A model generated the notes under the pieces. That model ran no database searches. It had not been told where the DNA came from and saw only the letters and a program-made list of their open reading frames with translations. This document shows, piece after piece, positions 63,112-64,000 of a stretch of 64,000 nt of DNA. Made by a program: the position numbers and the translations under genes. Numbering within the stretch: the first letter of the stretch is position 1; each line of letters opens with the position of its first letter. This stretch comes from Callorhinchus milii (Eukaryota), in NCBI RefSeq assembly GCF_018977255.1, contig NW_024704743.1, forward strand, positions 41,294,001-41,358,000, read 5' to 3'.

Positions 63112-64000
63112 TCTGGTCTCCACAACTCCACCATTCATAAAATCCAATTAATTCAAAACCCCACTGCCAATATCCTCACCCCCACCAAACTCCACATCCC
63201 CAACGCCCAAGTCCTTAGCAGGATCCACTGGCCCCTATTTCAGAGTTGAACAATTTCAAAATCCTCATACTTGCTTATAAATCATTTGATGCACTGGCAC
63301 CTCCCTGTCTGGAGTCCTGTAGCTCAGTGGTTAGAGCACTTCCCTCACAAGCGAGAGACCTGGGTTCGATTCCCGGCAGGGTGAAATGTTGGGCAAATTT
63401 CCTTACTCCACACATTTCTGTTTTACCTAGCAGTAAGTAGGAACCCAGTTGTTAGTTGATTGGCTGATTGCTTTTCTGGGAGTAATAATTCGTTCAACAA
63501 CAAAATAATAATTATAAATTGGTCATTTCAATCCACAACTGTTTGTGGGACATTACTGTGTGCAATTGACTGCCATGTTTCGCCCACAAATAAATAGTCA
63601 ATTCACTTTACAGTATATTCAATGAAGCGCTTTGAGGCATCTCGAAGATGTCTGCTATATCAAATGCGAGGATTATTATTATTATTACCTCTCTGACCTG
63701 CTCACACCCCACTCCTCTACTCGCCACCTTCACTCAAATAGCACCAGCCTCCTGCATATCCTTCATTCCCGCCGCTCCACCATCAGAGGGCGTGTTTTCA
63801 GCCACTATGCTCTGAAACTGGAACTCTGCATCAGTCTCTTCACCTTGCCCTTTTCTTGCATGTCTTCAGATTGAACCTGAAGACTTTCCTTTTTGACCTT
63901 GGCTACAGCCACCTCTCCCCGGCTCAGGGCCAAGCTCCGCCCATTCTTAAGCACTCTGAGATACTACCCGTGGGAAAGCCGCTATATAAATGCAAGTCGT
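63112..64000 (+). mobile_element. Older L2 3' fragment interrupted by a SINE
   Basis: HKIQLIQN, IHWP, FKILILAYKS; resumes YLSDLLTP..GRVFSHY; tail at the window end. Confidence 0.88.
63312..63687 (+). mobile_element. tRNA-Ala-derived SINE, long subfamily, full length
   Basis: GAGTCCTGTAGCTCAGTGGTTAGAGC..GGTTCGATTCCC (A and B boxes), internal segment, Deu 3' part, (TTA)n tail. Confidence 0.95.

Noticed and set aside
63312..63385. tRNA genes at SINE heads (also about 7205-7276, 30855-30925, 36030-36100, 36990-37061)
   Set aside because: The acceptor stems do not pair properly and each continues into a SINE body and tail.

Overview
This is AT-rich vertebrate non-coding DNA (intergenic or a large intron), dominated by transposable elements. 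The repeat mix suggests a cartilaginous fish, probably a chimaera; this is inferred from the repeat types only and is unverified. The mix is L2-clade LINEs with (TTG)n tails, CR1 LINEs with (ATTCTATG)n-type tails, tRNA-Ala-derived SINEs with L2-type tails, older Deu-domain SINEs and Harbinger relics. I found no convincing host exon, RNA gene or prokaryotic-type system. Nearly every ORF in the track is a LINE remnant, the antisense of one, or a chance ORF. The most notable object is a near-full-length L2 at about 9327-12596 (minus strand), nested inside another L2. Its CpG-rich 5' region holds a 21-bp tandem array, YY1/E2F-like motifs and a consensus-like 433-nt GT-AG intron, and its ORF has an in-frame deletion in the endonuclease. 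A second theme is several short, locally templated inverted or direct duplications in or next to L2/SINE copies. Element boundaries were read by eye and are approximate.
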